A stretch of 63,446 nucleotides of DNA, counting the filler, from Globobulimina sp. (lineage: Eukaryota), in assembly GCA_003354225.1 (NCBI GenBank). It is 26 parts of 26 records of this genome, joined end to end, with 100 filler letters (N's around TTAATTAATTAA, not from the genome) between each part and the next. Parts side by side here need not be neighbours in the genome. Positions count along the whole stretch, not along the records: positions 22,008 to 24,352 come from PIVH01007260.1; positions 24,453 to 26,797 come from PIVH01007261.1; positions 26,898 to 29,242 come from PIVH01007262.1; positions 29,343 to 31,687 come from PIVH01007263.1; positions 31,788 to 34,131 come from PIVH01007264.1; positions 34,232 to 36,575 come from PIVH01007265.1; 20 more parts are not named here. One strand, written 5' to 3'. Positions 22,831 through 34,881 of this stretch are shown here, one piece after another (the first letter of the stretch is position 1; the number at the start of each line of letters is the position of its first letter). The notes under the pieces were generated by a model. That model saw nothing but the letters and a program-made list of their open reading frames with translations. It searched no databases and was not told the origin of the DNA. The position numbers were made by a program, and so were the translations under genes.

Positions 22831-23216
22831 TATGTTACTTTTTATAGATTAACATTGTCAAAGTATTGTGTTTTATGATTATTATATTATTTCAATTTTG
22901 GTTTCGGATTTTTGTTTTATTTTTATTTTTTATTGAAATAATTCTATTTAAACGAATCACTTTGTATGATTCACTAATTATATTTGCATTTCTATATTAT
23001 ATATTCAATATTTCACGTGTGTGTCTTGTGGTGTTTACTTGTTTGAGTTTTGTAGTTTTTTTGTGATTGAACAATAAATTTTCAATTTAAAACACTTTGA
23101 CAATGGCTTCTTTACGATAGCCGAAAGCTCAGTGAACTATTTCATTTCTAAGATTCAACTAATTCACACTATAATCTTTGTTTATATTTATATAATATTG
23201 CTTTATATATTTCATA

Positions 23217-23930
23217 TTAATAATAATTTTCAGATATTCCTTCATCACAACACGGTCGCAAATATTTATCACAAACACCACAATCATCATAAGTCGCCCA
23301 CGAATAATAAAATGTGTTGCATTCATAACAACCTTTTCTAGATTTATGTTGGATGCAGTTATCACATAACAATATATCCTCTTTATTCAGACTCATCTCA
23401 TCTAAAACTGACATTATTTTTAAATGTTTGCGAGGATATTTGTTATTGCAATTAAAACATGTTTCAAATGCAGTTTGTTGTTTGTTGGTGTTGGCAATGC
23501 ATTTGCTGCAATATATATATTTTGATATCCATTTGTTGTCAGCATACAGATATTGAGAGGAAGGGTTGGATGAAAAAGTATAAATAAGATACGAATGTTT
23601 GTATTCCTGACCTTTCAGACATAGTACTTCCGTTTCATTGCATCCATCGCATATTTTGATTTTGCCAGTTGAATAATATGCAATTATTAACAATATGTCG
23701 TCTGGGCATTGCTTTAAATTCAGCATTGATATCAATGTTTCAAATATTAACTGAAATCCATATTCATCCGACTCATTTTTAAAATGAATACCACACTTTC
23801 TTTTAATATTGCTATTTTGTGGCAATTGAGGTTTATGACGCTTTAATGGTCGATCAAAATGAATGTAATCATATATTGACCATTCGTGACCAAACTCGAG
23901 TGGCCGTTTCTTGTTTGAACATTGTTTCAT
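23217..23930 (-). CDS. Protein with an F-box-like segment followed by CxxC repeats
   Basis: CPDDILLIIAYYSTG then multiple CxxC. Confidence 0.5.
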   Translation of the reverse strand: MKQCSNKKRPLEFGHEWSIYDYIHFDRPLKRHKPQLPQNSNIKRKCGIHFKNESDEYGFQLIFETLISMLNLKQCPDDILLIIAYYSTGKIKICDGCNETEVLCLKGQEYKHSYLIYTFSSNPSSQYLYADNKWISKYIYCSKCIANTNKQQTAFETCFNCNNKYPRKHLKIMSVLDEMSLNKEDILLCDNCIQHKSRKGCYECNTFYYSWATYDDCGVCDKYLRPCCDEGISENYY

Positions 23931-24504
23931 TGTCAACGGCTGTTTTCTATAGAATAATAGTAATAAAATGACACACAATCACACTTATTTTACATTTATT
24001 CAACAAGTAACTTGCAAAATCTTTGTTTGTAATACTTTTAATAACACATTTGATACTTTATTTTTTTCAACATTTAAATTTTCTTGAATGAAATCTGTAA
24101 TATTCTTTAAAAACTCATTCTTTTCCGTTTGTAATTTGAATAATTTTCCATCAATTTTATTCTCAACAAAATAAGTGCAAATCATTTCTTTTTGTCGTTG
24201 ATTTAAATCAAACTCCTTATTCAATAAAATTTTTTTTATTAAATAAACCATATTTGCCACACAACAACTCTCCAAATTAATATTTGGTATTTTTCCCATA
24301 TTTGACATTTTCGTATAAATTAACATATTCATTTGCTTTTCTTTCCTATCGANNNNNNNNNNNNNNNNNNNNNNNNNNNNNNNNNNNNNNNNNNNNTTAA
24401 TTAATTAANNNNNNNNNNNNNNNNNNNNNNNNNNNNNNNNNNNNNNNNNNNNCGCTAGTGAGAAAGGCAGTGCAAAAATTGCATGTAAAGGAATATCACA
24501 TACG

Positions 24505-25374
24505 TTGGAAAACTTCGAAGTTTTACAACTTGGTAATTACTTGAGCACCGTGTTCGATGTTGACAGTGAGACAGAACGAACTCCGATTGTCAGAGGTATT
24601 AGAAGTGACCAGGAGCAATTGATGAGAACATACAAGCAAATCAAGAAAGGTCTTCGCCGTTTTTGTCCAAAAGTTGGTTATTTCAAATGTGGAATATGTA
24701 ATTTTCCAACAAAGGTGATCCAACGAGCAGCTGTCAATAAAAGTTGGTCCAGCAACCAAGAGTGGAACAAGACAACATTTTGTAGAGATATTTTTAACGA
24801 TATTCCAAGTGAATTGAAACAATTACCCGATGATGTTTATCAAATAATTTGTGAGACACAAGAAAAATCAGGGTTCATACCAACAATATTTCTAATTCTG
24901 TCACGGCGACCTGATGAATTCCGCGCGTTTTTTAATTACTATGATGCTTTGATGAAAAACAAAAACAGTGAATTGACAAGTTTTGAAAAGGAAATGATTG
25001 TGGTAGCAACCTCATCATACAATAAGTGTTTATATTGTGTTGTTGCGCATGGTGCCATGTTACGAGTGTTTGCTAAAAAAGAATCAATGGATAATTATCA
25101 TAAAATTGCTGACCAAATAGCTAATGATTATAAAAAAGCGGATATTTCAGAGAAACAAATGGCAATCTTAGATTATGCAATAAAACTTGCTATTAAACCG
25201 TATGAGTGTACACAACAAGATATTGATGGTTTGCTGCAGTATAATTTGTCAAAGGAAGCTATTTGGGATATCGGAGCAATCACTGCATTGTTTGCTGCGT
25301 CAAACCGCATCGCACATATGACTGCGTTAATGCCTAATGACGAATTTTATGAAATTTGTCGTTTGAACAAATAA
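24505..25374 (+). CDS. AhpD/carboxymuconolactone-decarboxylase-like peroxidase-related enzyme (domain about 24790-25374; upstream part unrelated)
   Basis: QEKSGFIP, RPDEFRAFF, EMIVVATSSYNKCLYCVVAHGA (E-x11-CxxC-x3-H), IADQIANDYKKADI and PNDEFY, all typical of the bacterial peroxidase-related AhpD family. Confidence 0.88.
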   Translation: MENFEVLQLGNYLSTVFDVDSETERTPIVRGIRSDQEQLMRTYKQIKKGLRRFCPKVGYFKCGICNFPTKVIQRAAVNKSWSSNQEWNKTTFCRDIFNDIPSELKQLPDDVYQIICETQEKSGFIPTIFLILSRRPDEFRAFFNYYDALMKNKNSELTSFEKEMIVVATSSYNKCLYCVVAHGAMLRVFAKKESMDNYHKIADQIANDYKKADISEKQMAILDYAIKLAIKPYECTQQDIDGLLQYNLSKEAIWDIGAITALFAASNRIAHMTALMPNDEFYEICRLNK

Positions 25375-25422
25375 TAAGATTTTCGAAGTAAGTCACCATT
25401 CCTCAAATTGTAAATTAATACC

Positions 25423-26505
25423 ATGGTCGCGTCGTGGGTTTTATCAGCTTGGTTTCAAATCCTTCTTTTTATCATAACATTTGTAGTATTTATGGGTTTG
25501 ATGGAGTTCTTTCGTTGGTTTCCCGCAATTAATCTTTATTTGGCACTGATCGCATTGATCGTGTTGTTTCCTGCGCAAATTGGAATAATGCCCGGATTTG
25601 AAGCAGGTGGCTTTGGAACGACTGCGAAATTCTTGTTGATCGTTCCGTTTCTCTCAGTTGTATGTGGCTGGAGATTGGCGTATATGCCCATTAAAATTGG
25701 TAATCTGTACAATAAATTCCAAGCATTTACAATTAGATTTTGTAAGAAAGTGTTTTGTTGTATGCCTGAAGTGTTAAACGAAGAGAAAAAAAGGCCAACC
25801 TTATTGATGGAAAGTGTTTGGTTTTTATTAGCATCGATTAACATTTTAGTGGCTGTGGTTCCCGGTTTTATGTGGGGTTCGATTACAAATCCAATCGCTG
25901 GAATATTATTAGCATTCTCCTTTCCTTTTCCTGCGCGATTATTAAAATTGAATTACTTCCATGGCGTATATATGACGAATAAATATAACAATAAGAAAGT
26001 ATATGACGGCGTGGCCGACGGATTAACCATTTTCTGGGTCGTTTGCTTTACATCTTGGGATTTATTATTTGTTTTCTCGCATACAACTGATGATTTTTTA
26101 ATGCACTCTTTCCATTTGGTTCCGAACTGTGTAAGATGTGTTGTGACAAAACAGTATGATTTGTGGGCTCAATTAAGAGTGTTTACCTTTGCAGTTTCAT
26201 TGTGTATGATGGCGCCAATGAGAGCCACAAACAAAGCCATTATGGATTGGTATTTAAATACACAAAATGTTGATTTTATTATGGATGCGAGTGACAAACA
26301 ATGGATTATTGAAGTATGGGGATCCATTAATGTTATTTTAGTCGTTATTCATTGGTTTATATGGATTAAAGAATTGTTGCGAAGAAAAGATATCCCTCAA
26401 AATGAAGTTGATCAGCCTCTCATTGTTGATGTCGATGTCGATGTTGATGGTGCTCAAAATAAAAACATTGTCGATGCACACCGTGTTGAATTGGGCTATG
26501 GATAA
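25423..26505 (+). CDS. Polytopic membrane protein, DUF5692-like
   Basis: About 9-10 TM segments; E..R, AK, SINILVA, NPIAGILL, FW...TSWD and DLWAQLRVFT spacing as recalled for DUF5692. Confidence 0.55.
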   Translation: MVASWVLSAWFQILLFIITFVVFMGLMEFFRWFPAINLYLALIALIVLFPAQIGIMPGFEAGGFGTTAKFLLIVPFLSVVCGWRLAYMPIKIGNLYNKFQAFTIRFCKKVFCCMPEVLNEEKKRPTLLMESVWFLLASINILVAVVPGFMWGSITNPIAGILLAFSFPFPARLLKLNYFHGVYMTNKYNNKKVYDGVADGLTIFWVVCFTSWDLLFVFSHTTDDFLMHSFHLVPNCVRCVVTKQYDLWAQLRVFTFAVSLCMMAPMRATNKAIMDWYLNTQNVDFIMDASDKQWIIEVWGSINVILVVIHWFIWIKELLRRKDIPQNEVDQPLIVDVDVDVDGAQNKNIVDAHRVELGYG

Positions 26506-26897
26506 ACATATTAAGAGCTTTTTGTTTTTTAAATGTTACTAATATAATTCGTTCACCAATGTTTGAAATGTTTTCAAAATAAACAGCAGCAACACTAAAA
26601 TCTCTAATCATGGCCACTTTACTTGCTAAAGCAGTAATATTTAAATCACTCATAAAACAATTATCAAAGCAAGAATTTCTGACATCAATGGGTAAAATAT
26701 ATGATATGGATCGGTCCGATTTAATACCAACAGCATTGTTTAATTATTTTATTCATCCGCCATCAGTTACAAATCCGAATCCTGATCATTTGACTAANNN
26801 NNNNNNNNNNNNNNNNNNNNNNNNNNNNNNNNNNNNNNNNNTTAATTAATTAANNNNNNNNNNNNNNNNNNNNNNNNNNNNNNNNNNNNNNNNNNNN

Positions 26898-29103
26898 TGT
26901 TGATAATGCCAATGCTGTGGACGACGCAGATGCAGAGGTTGCTGCTGTTGGTAATGAGGAAGCAGCGGTGGTGGCTGTTGATAATAATGAGGAAGCTGCA
27001 GTGGTGGTGGCAGTAATACCGCTTGGAAATGATGAAAATGAGGATATTAACCAAGCACAACCACCGCCAGAGCCAGAACCAGCACCACAAGCTGCACAAA
27101 TGGACGTAGACGCACAAGCGCCGGCGATTGAAATAGAAGCACCGCATGAACAGAAATCCGATGAACAAAAGGAAGTATTTGGTATCCCGCCAATACCGAT
27201 AGTAACACCAATCCCTATACCAGTACTACCGCCTGACGTATCTGTGGATAATGAGCAGAAGACGGAAGAAAAGGAGCAAACCATAGTGATTGCGAGCAGT
27301 CCGCCACAGCCACAATCTACACCTCCCGATGTGGCCAGTTTTATGCAAATGGCGCAAGACGGTGATGATGTGTTTATGCCGGATGCAGAGGAAGCTGCGG
27401 ATGATTTACGTGAATTAGATGAGCAATTACAGCAAGCCATGCAACGCATCATCGCTGCGGACAGCTATGACCAGAATGTAAATAGAGCTGCCATGGAACA
27501 GCAAGTGCACCGACAAATGCATGCGCGTTTACAGCAACGATCGCAAGAATTGGAGCAGAAATTGCAAACTGATGAACAAGCCGTATTTCAATTAATGCAA
27601 CAGCAACAGATCCAGTTGCAAGCACTGCAGCAGCAGCAAGAAGATGACGCCTTGGCGGCTGCCTTGGCGCAATCATTGCAGCCCAACAACAATGCGGCGG
27701 TCGATGACAACGCCGACGCAAACCCCGAAAATAACGCAGATATTAATGTTGTTGCAGACGATGTACACGCCGCTGTCTCGCAAGTGGCTGAGGAGGAGTC
27801 GCAAGTTCAAGCGCAGTTAGCGAGGCAAGTGCAAGTGGACGAGTTACGCACACGATATCAGCAACAGATTGAGGAACGAAGACGCGAATTGACGCAACAA
27901 CGACGTGTACAGCAACGCGTACAAGCACAGATTGAACATTTGCGTGTACGGCAGTTACAATCGCAACAAGAGAATATGGATAACGATCTCGCGCAATATA
28001 TGGATTCCGGCGATGATAATAGCAACCGTATACAGGGCCTATTTGGCGCCATGGGCATGGGTGGAATGGGCGGTATGATGGATGCCATGCGAGCCTCGCA
28101 ACGCGGCGGCAGAGGAGGGAGAGGCCGTGGCGGCGGTGGTAGAGGTGGCGGATTGTCAGGGATGGATATATCGTATGAGTCGTATTTGGCGCAACGGAGA
28201 CAGTCTTCGCAGAGTCCGCAGGCTCAGCCACAGTTGCAACCGCAGGTTGTGCTGAGTAATAATGTCGGTGTGGGTGTCGGTGGTGGATTGAATGAGCAGT
28301 TTGGGTCCGGGGCGCAGAACATCGCGAATTTATGGCGCGACCAACCGGCGCAGAGCTTCAATCGCCGGCATAATCCGTATGGACACCATGGCTTTGGGCG
28401 GAGAGGAAGAGGTCGCGGCGGAATGTTGCGTAGCCAATGGGACGATTTTCAACACCGACATCGGCATAGACGGCGAAGGGACGTGGCCGATGAAGAGAAG
28501 AGCGAACAGAAAGATGCCGCGGATGAGAAGAAGGACGAAGTGAAGGAAGCTGACGATGCGTTTAAGAGTGAGGAGTTGCTCAATTTCTTACTGAATAAGT
28601 GCATACAAGACAGTATTGAGATTATTCAGACTGCGAAAGCGGTGCATGTCGAGAATGAGAGTGTGAAGGAGAAGATTGTTAAACGGGAGGAATTGCGCAA
28701 ATTGCAAGTGGAAAAAGAGAAATTGGAGCAGGAAAAAGCGGATAAAGATAAGAGTGAAGCGGTGACGGTAACGGCTACGGAGGAAAAAAAGGAGGTAAAT
28801 ACAGAGAAAGTGGAGGAGGAAAAGTTGGAGATACAGATATTAATTCCGACTGCATCGCCGGTCACGAGGCTGTTAAAAGTGATCCAACGCGATTTGACTA
28901 TGCGTGCATGTTCTCGGCAGGAGAGGAGTGACAAAGATATCACATCGTTTATACAGTATTTGCAACAGCTGACCTGCGCCACATTGGATATATTGAAGAC
29001 ATTCATTCTGCCCATATTTGAAGAGTGTAAACAGGAATGCATAAATATCATCGAACACTCCTTTATTACGCACTGTTTTTTGCCGGCGATTCAACAGAGA
29101 TAG
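26898..29103 (+). CDS. Large low-complexity/coiled-coil protein fragment with UIM-like motif and RGG tracts
   Basis: ORF over 700 aa, higher GC. DDALAAALAQSLQ is UIM-like. Q-rich coiled coil. Confidence 0.7.
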
Positions 29104-29343
29104 TTTTCACTAACAGCAAACAAGCTCTTTAAGGTTGAAGAAAGCATATAATATGAAGAAAACTTTGTCATGTTTTTTTTACTGAACCTTATAATGACGT
29201 TATGAAAAATAATCCCTACAATTAAATAGAATAAAATAACAANNNNNNNNNNNNNNNNNNNNNNNNNNNNNNNNNNNNNNNNNNNNTTAATTAATTAANN
29301 NNNNNNNNNNNNNNNNNNNNNNNNNNNNNNNNNNNNNNNNNNT

Positions 29344-31263
29344 TTAGATTTATCGGCAAATATTATATTTACTTTACCATTGGCTGTATTTGATGATTTA
29401 AAGAATTTACAATATTTAGATTTGAGTGAAAATAATATCCAATATATTCATCCAAAAACTTTTGAAAATACATACAAATTAAAACATTTATTATTAGCAA
29501 AGAATGAATTAAAAGTATTACCAAAAAATGTATTCGACAAAGTACACTCAACGCAGAATTCAGATATTCCAATATCTCAACGACGAACCATCACTGAATT
29601 AAATTTGATCAAAAACCCGATAAAATGTGTACCGATTTGGATGGAAGGACCAGATTCGAATTGGGCACAATCAATCCCTCAATATCACAATTTATATGGT
29701 CCACCGCCTGGTTATTGTACATTATGCGGTGTTGGATTCTATTCGGCGCGATTTGATAATGAAGGAAATGATTGTGAGCCATGTCCAAAAGGTGCGCTTT
29801 GTCCATATGACCATGACGAGAATATGGGCACTTTTCCATGGACATTGATTTGGTGTGAACCAGGAACATATGTCGAAACAGGCCAAGGATACACAATCAA
29901 TGATTGCAAGTCTTGTCCAGCTGGCCATTATTGTCCCGGCGAAGGCGAACTTTATCAGTGTACGCATTTAGGTGAAGTTTGTGAAGGTGGATGTATTGAC
30001 TCTTGTTATCAATGCCCATTTGGTACATTTGCTAATCATGACCATACAAAATGTAACTTGTGCGATGTCGGATATTTTAGTGATGATGGCTTACAATGTC
30101 AATTATGTCCAGGTGGTACTTTTGGAGATATGAAAGGATTAACAAATGCGTCATGCAGTGGATTGTGTGCGGTTGGATATTATTGTTTGTCTGGTTCAAC
30201 AAACGCAAAACAACATAAATGTCCATCAGGTACAATATCACAATATAAATAATGATTTTTGTTTAATAATTGCAATTAAGGAACGTATGGCGACAGAAAA
30301 GGATTAAGCAATAAATTATGTGCTGGTTTATGTGAGATTGGTTCGTATTGTTCGCCTGCTTCAACATCGAGATTTGGCATACCGTGTCCAGGCGGAAGGT
30401 ATGGCGGTGAGCCGGGATTAAGTAATGCGGAATGTAGTGGTCCGTGTTCGCCTCAACATTGGTGTCCAATTGGTAGTGTATCAGCCATTAATATGAAATG
30501 CGGGAATGGTAATATTAGTCGTGTTGGTGACCCGTATTGTTATCAATGTGCACCTGACCATTATAATAATGCGCGATATCCAATGTGTACAGATTGTGGT
30601 GGTTTGCGTACATTTAATTCATCAGTTTCTGCTGCTGCTGCTGTTGATGGTGAATGTGAATCGTGTCCATTAGGCACATATAATCTGACCATTAATGCAT
30701 ATTCAATTTATCAAGTATCAGAATGTCGAGAATGCGCAGCTGGGACATTTAATAATAAGTGGTTCTCAGATACAATAAATGACTGCAAGCCATGTCCAAT
30801 GAATACATATTCTGAGAATCCCGGCATATCTTCGCCTTATTTATGTGAGCGATGTCCATTAGGCACATTTGGTAATATCACAGGTGCGATATCAAAGAGT
30901 GTGTGTAAAGCATGTCCGTCTGGCAAATATTTTGTAAAAGGGATAGATGCGTCTGGCTTTGCTCAGTTATCAAGAGATATTGATGTGGTTTGTCAGTTTT
31001 GTCCGTCTGGCTCTTGGACAGATGGTTCCGATGGTATTTGCCATTTGTGTCCAGTTGGTTATTGGTCAAATATTGAAGGCAAAACTTCACAGTGCACTCA
31101 AATATGTGATAAAGGCTATTTATGTCCGGTTGGCTCTACAAATCCGAGAATGTTTATACTTCCGCAAGGAAATCAGTTACCAATCTTAGAATATCCATTT
31201 TGGATTGGCACTTTATTATGTTTCTCTATCTCAGCAACTGTTTTATTATTTAGACTTGCATAA
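29344..31263 (+). CDS. Cell-surface protein: LRRs, Cys-rich TNFR/ephrin-receptor-like (GCC2_GCC3) repeats and C-terminal TM; intron 30230-30280 (5'-partial)
   Basis: LQYLDLSENNIQYI-type LRRs, repeated CPxGT(Y/F), terminal hydrophobic helix. A 51-nt GTACAA...TAAG intron removes the TAA at 30250 and restores CPSGTYG. Confidence 0.85.
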
Positions 31264-31787
31264 ATTTGCATCTTTTACATAATTATATCAACACTTATTT
31301 AATTTGTCTTTTAATTCTAGTCTGTCCAACATCCAGCACCTCACTGTTTTCTGTTAAAAAGTTCTTTATCCTTCACCATGTCTGCAACTCTTGGCCAATT
31401 TCGAGGAAGGTCTTGGAGTGAAGTGGTTGTTCGGCAAAAAACCAAAGGTAACACGTATCTCACTCCGTATCCATACCAAATAACAATAAAAACAACATTG
31501 GGAAATATAGCAAATGAAATACTTTTATCTGAAGAGAACTCCTATGATTTGTTACGATGCCGTCACTGCAAAAGGGTCATAAAATGTGGTTTTATCGATA
31601 TACACTTAAGTTAATTATAAAAAACATCTACATGCCACATACAATTAATTATAACTTTTTATAACTCTACGTACACGCATTCAAAATNNNNNNNNNNNNN
31701 NNNNNNNNNNNNNNNNNNNNNNNNNNNNNNNTTAATTAATTAANNNNNNNNNNNNNNNNNNNNNNNNNNNNNNNNNNNNNNNNNNNN

Positions 31788-34062
31788 ATGATTGAAATGC
31801 ATCGCAGAATGGGTTGGTTTATGCAGCATTCAGAGGGTTACGATTCGAGTGATTGTGAATCCATTTCGGATGATGACGATGTAAAATCTGACCATGAATC
31901 GGAGTTTTACAGTTTATTGCAAACTGACATCGAAAACTGCTTTAACTCCCTCAACAATGAAGCGACGCTAAAATTGTACGCCAAACATGTCCCAAACCTC
32001 TATCCATTGATGTATAGTATGTATAACAAGCCATTTAATCTATTCCTCGCAGATTCCACTATTTATCAGCATTGTAACGGCGGAGTACAAGGCAGAATTA
32101 CTTCGGGTTACAGCCTTGCTTTGGTTCAGCGGGAAATTGAGATTGGAGTTAAAAATCGGTGTATTTCATTATTAAAAGACTATAAAATTAATGGCCGGTC
32201 ATATTATATTGATGATAACGGCCAAATCGCGAAGAATTTATTCAATTTAATCTATTTAAGGTGTTATAACAGCGTCGCCGTAATCTATGGGCTCAATTTA
32301 AAAGACAACAAAACAAATCTTATTATTGGCCAATCTTTAGATGAATTGTACGATTTATTGATGAGTGACATATTATTTGTGAATGCATTGGAGATTTCTG
32401 GCGCGGACACCATTGATTTTAGTAACTTAAAGATATTAGAAAACAGTTCTTTTGAATGCATGGGCGTAAGGTTTGGGAGCCAGAGAGATATCGACAATTT
32501 TATGTTCGAAAAAGTCACAAAGTGGCTAGAAAATATTAAGTTAATTCGGAAGCTGCGGTGTGTACACCACCAATTTTTATTAATTTCAAATTTTTATAAT
32601 ATAAATAAAATCAATTATTTGATTCGCAATCTATCGTTTAATGGTATTAACAAATGGCAGATCAAATTTGATGAGATATTTATTGGTATATTTAACAAAA
32701 TAATCGGTCAAAATATGTCGAAAATAAATGTAAAACATGCAAGTATTTCGTGCAAACGAGGTGGTGTAAGCATGCGCACAATTAAACAAATCCAAAGCGC
32801 GGCCTTCATTTCTTCCAACACAAATACAGGAAATGTCTTATCCTTATTATTAGATTCAGATTTGATTGCTTATACAGATAATTATGCCTCAAATGTATTA
32901 GAATTAGCCATAAATGATTATAATAGCAAAGTCCTCCGACAATTCCAAATCCATTCAAGTGATAACCTAAAATATAAACAGTCGGATTTGATTGATCGAA
33001 TTGATAAAACATTATTAAGTGAACTGTATCAAATTTATGACAATCGAGGCAAAGCTATCTTAAAAGCTGTGTCAAATTGGAAATGCGACTCGTGGCTAAA
33101 AGTCAATCCCTCGGTTGGCTTCGGGGTCGATTTTGACAACATTGAGTTCCAGTTATTGATGAAGAGGCGGCTAAATATGCCTATTATAGCCAAGAAATCC
33201 GAGTTAGATATATACCAAGAAATCCAATATGTTTACTATGTACAGCCGAGTTAGATATATACGGCGATCATGGCTTAAATTGTGCCTTCGGACACGGTCG
33301 ACATGGCAGACATAATGCGATAGCAAAACAAGTCATGTCCGTGTGTGAAGGAGCAGGCTTTAATTGTGATTTGGAACTAAATGGATTGATCCAAGACACA
33401 TGTAAGAGACCTGCGGACGTTATGGTTTATGGTTTATTCCCAGACCAAGACTGTGCCATTGATGTAGGAATAACAAATAATATCTGTGAATTTACCACAA
33501 GTAACAGATTAGCAAAATTAAAGAATTGCGCAGAAAACAGATTAGTTTGCGCTGATTTGTATTATGCGACAAAATCAAGAAAATATCAGGACATTATTAA
33601 CAATGACCACTTAAGTTATAAATATAAACCATTGATATTTGAGTCAATGGGTGGTATGAATTATGAAAGTAGAAAGACGTTAAATTATATCATTGATTTG
33701 AAATGTCAGAATAAGAAATTAGATCAAGATCAACAGAAATGTTATGTATATCGAAAGTTATTGGCAAAATTGCAAAAAGAAAACGCAATCGCGATTTTGG
33801 AACATTATGCGCCCCATTTTTACTTTAATGATAATCATTAGTTCTTTCATTGTTTTATAAACTTAGTTGTGTATTCTTTGTATTCTTGTTGTTCACTGTT
33901 TTGTTGTTGTGTGAATTTTGTTAGTTTTTGCTTTTTGGGTTTGCTTTCCTGTGACTGTTATATACCATTTATTTTGTGTTATTGTTATGTGACAATCCAT
34001 TGGATTATTTATTAAGTTGTTGTTCGAGCACGTATTTTTGTGCCGTTTCGAGTGAAAAAAAA
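31788..34062 (+). mobile_element. CRE-like non-LTR retrotransposon (RT, CCHC knuckle, restriction-like endonuclease, 3' UTR, A tail); frameshifted at about 33189
   Basis: GGVQG, YYIDD, RGGVSMR, WLKVNP, CLLC...GDHGLNC, RHN, RPADV, AIDVGIT, KSRKY and PLIFESMGG motifs. Confidence 0.88.
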
Positions 34063-34231
34063 TTTTATGAATGATTTAATTAAATTTATGATATCTTGCG
34101 ATGTGTTTAAATAAATATAATTATCTTTTATNNNNNNNNNNNNNNNNNNNNNNNNNNNNNNNNNNNNNNNNNNNNTTAATTAATTAANNNNNNNNNNNNN
34201 NNNNNNNNNNNNNNNNNNNNNNNNNNNNNNN

Positions 34232-34730
34232 TACTTAGCGCTCCAACACCAAATCCAAATGATTTTTTGGTTAAATATGTTGTTTGTCTTCTTTTTTTCA
34301 AATATATGTAACCATTTTCCACAAAAACATATAATATAATTCTATCTAAACCTAATATAGAATTTTGTTGTTTTGTACTTTTGGTAAATTCAAAATGCTC
34401 TTCAAATGTTACTTTCTTAATATCGTTTGGAAGATGTGCACTGATCATATGTTTAACTTCTTCCATTTTTTTAACAGCATCAACACCATACGAAGAATAT
34501 AATTTATTCATATCCATTTTACAAAATGCCTCCGCCGTCAATCTATTTTTTCCATCATGAACTTCATCTGATAACACATATCCTGTTGGAGTTTGTTTAT
34601 ATTTTCTAATTTTTTCATTCAAGATTTTCTCCATCTCATTGTTTGCATTTTCATTTACATTCTCCTTTTTTTCTTCACATTCAAGCATTGCCATTCGACG
34701 ATGATTCCTACGCAAATAAAACCCCCTCAC
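34232..34730 (-). CDS. Hypothetical protein (3'-partial)
   Basis: Open frame to the contig edge. No motif recognised. Confidence 0.4.
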
Positions 34731-34881
34731 TAGTGACCAATCAACTGCAAAAGTCGAAATCCGATCGATCGGAAATTAAACGATGTTGCAAACAAAAAAG
34801 AAATCTGATTTTATCGTAGAAAATCTATAAAAATTAAAGACAAATCACACACAATCAATCAAGAAACAAAGGATATATAAT

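Noticed and set aside
30230-30280. Stop-codon readthrough or alternative genetic code at the TAA at 30250
   Set aside because: A 51-nt GT-AG intron explains it, and TAA, TAG and TGA all terminate recognisable genes in this window.
33189-33214. Tiny intron in the CRE element
   Set aside because: It has no AG end and is a copy of adjacent downstream DNA.
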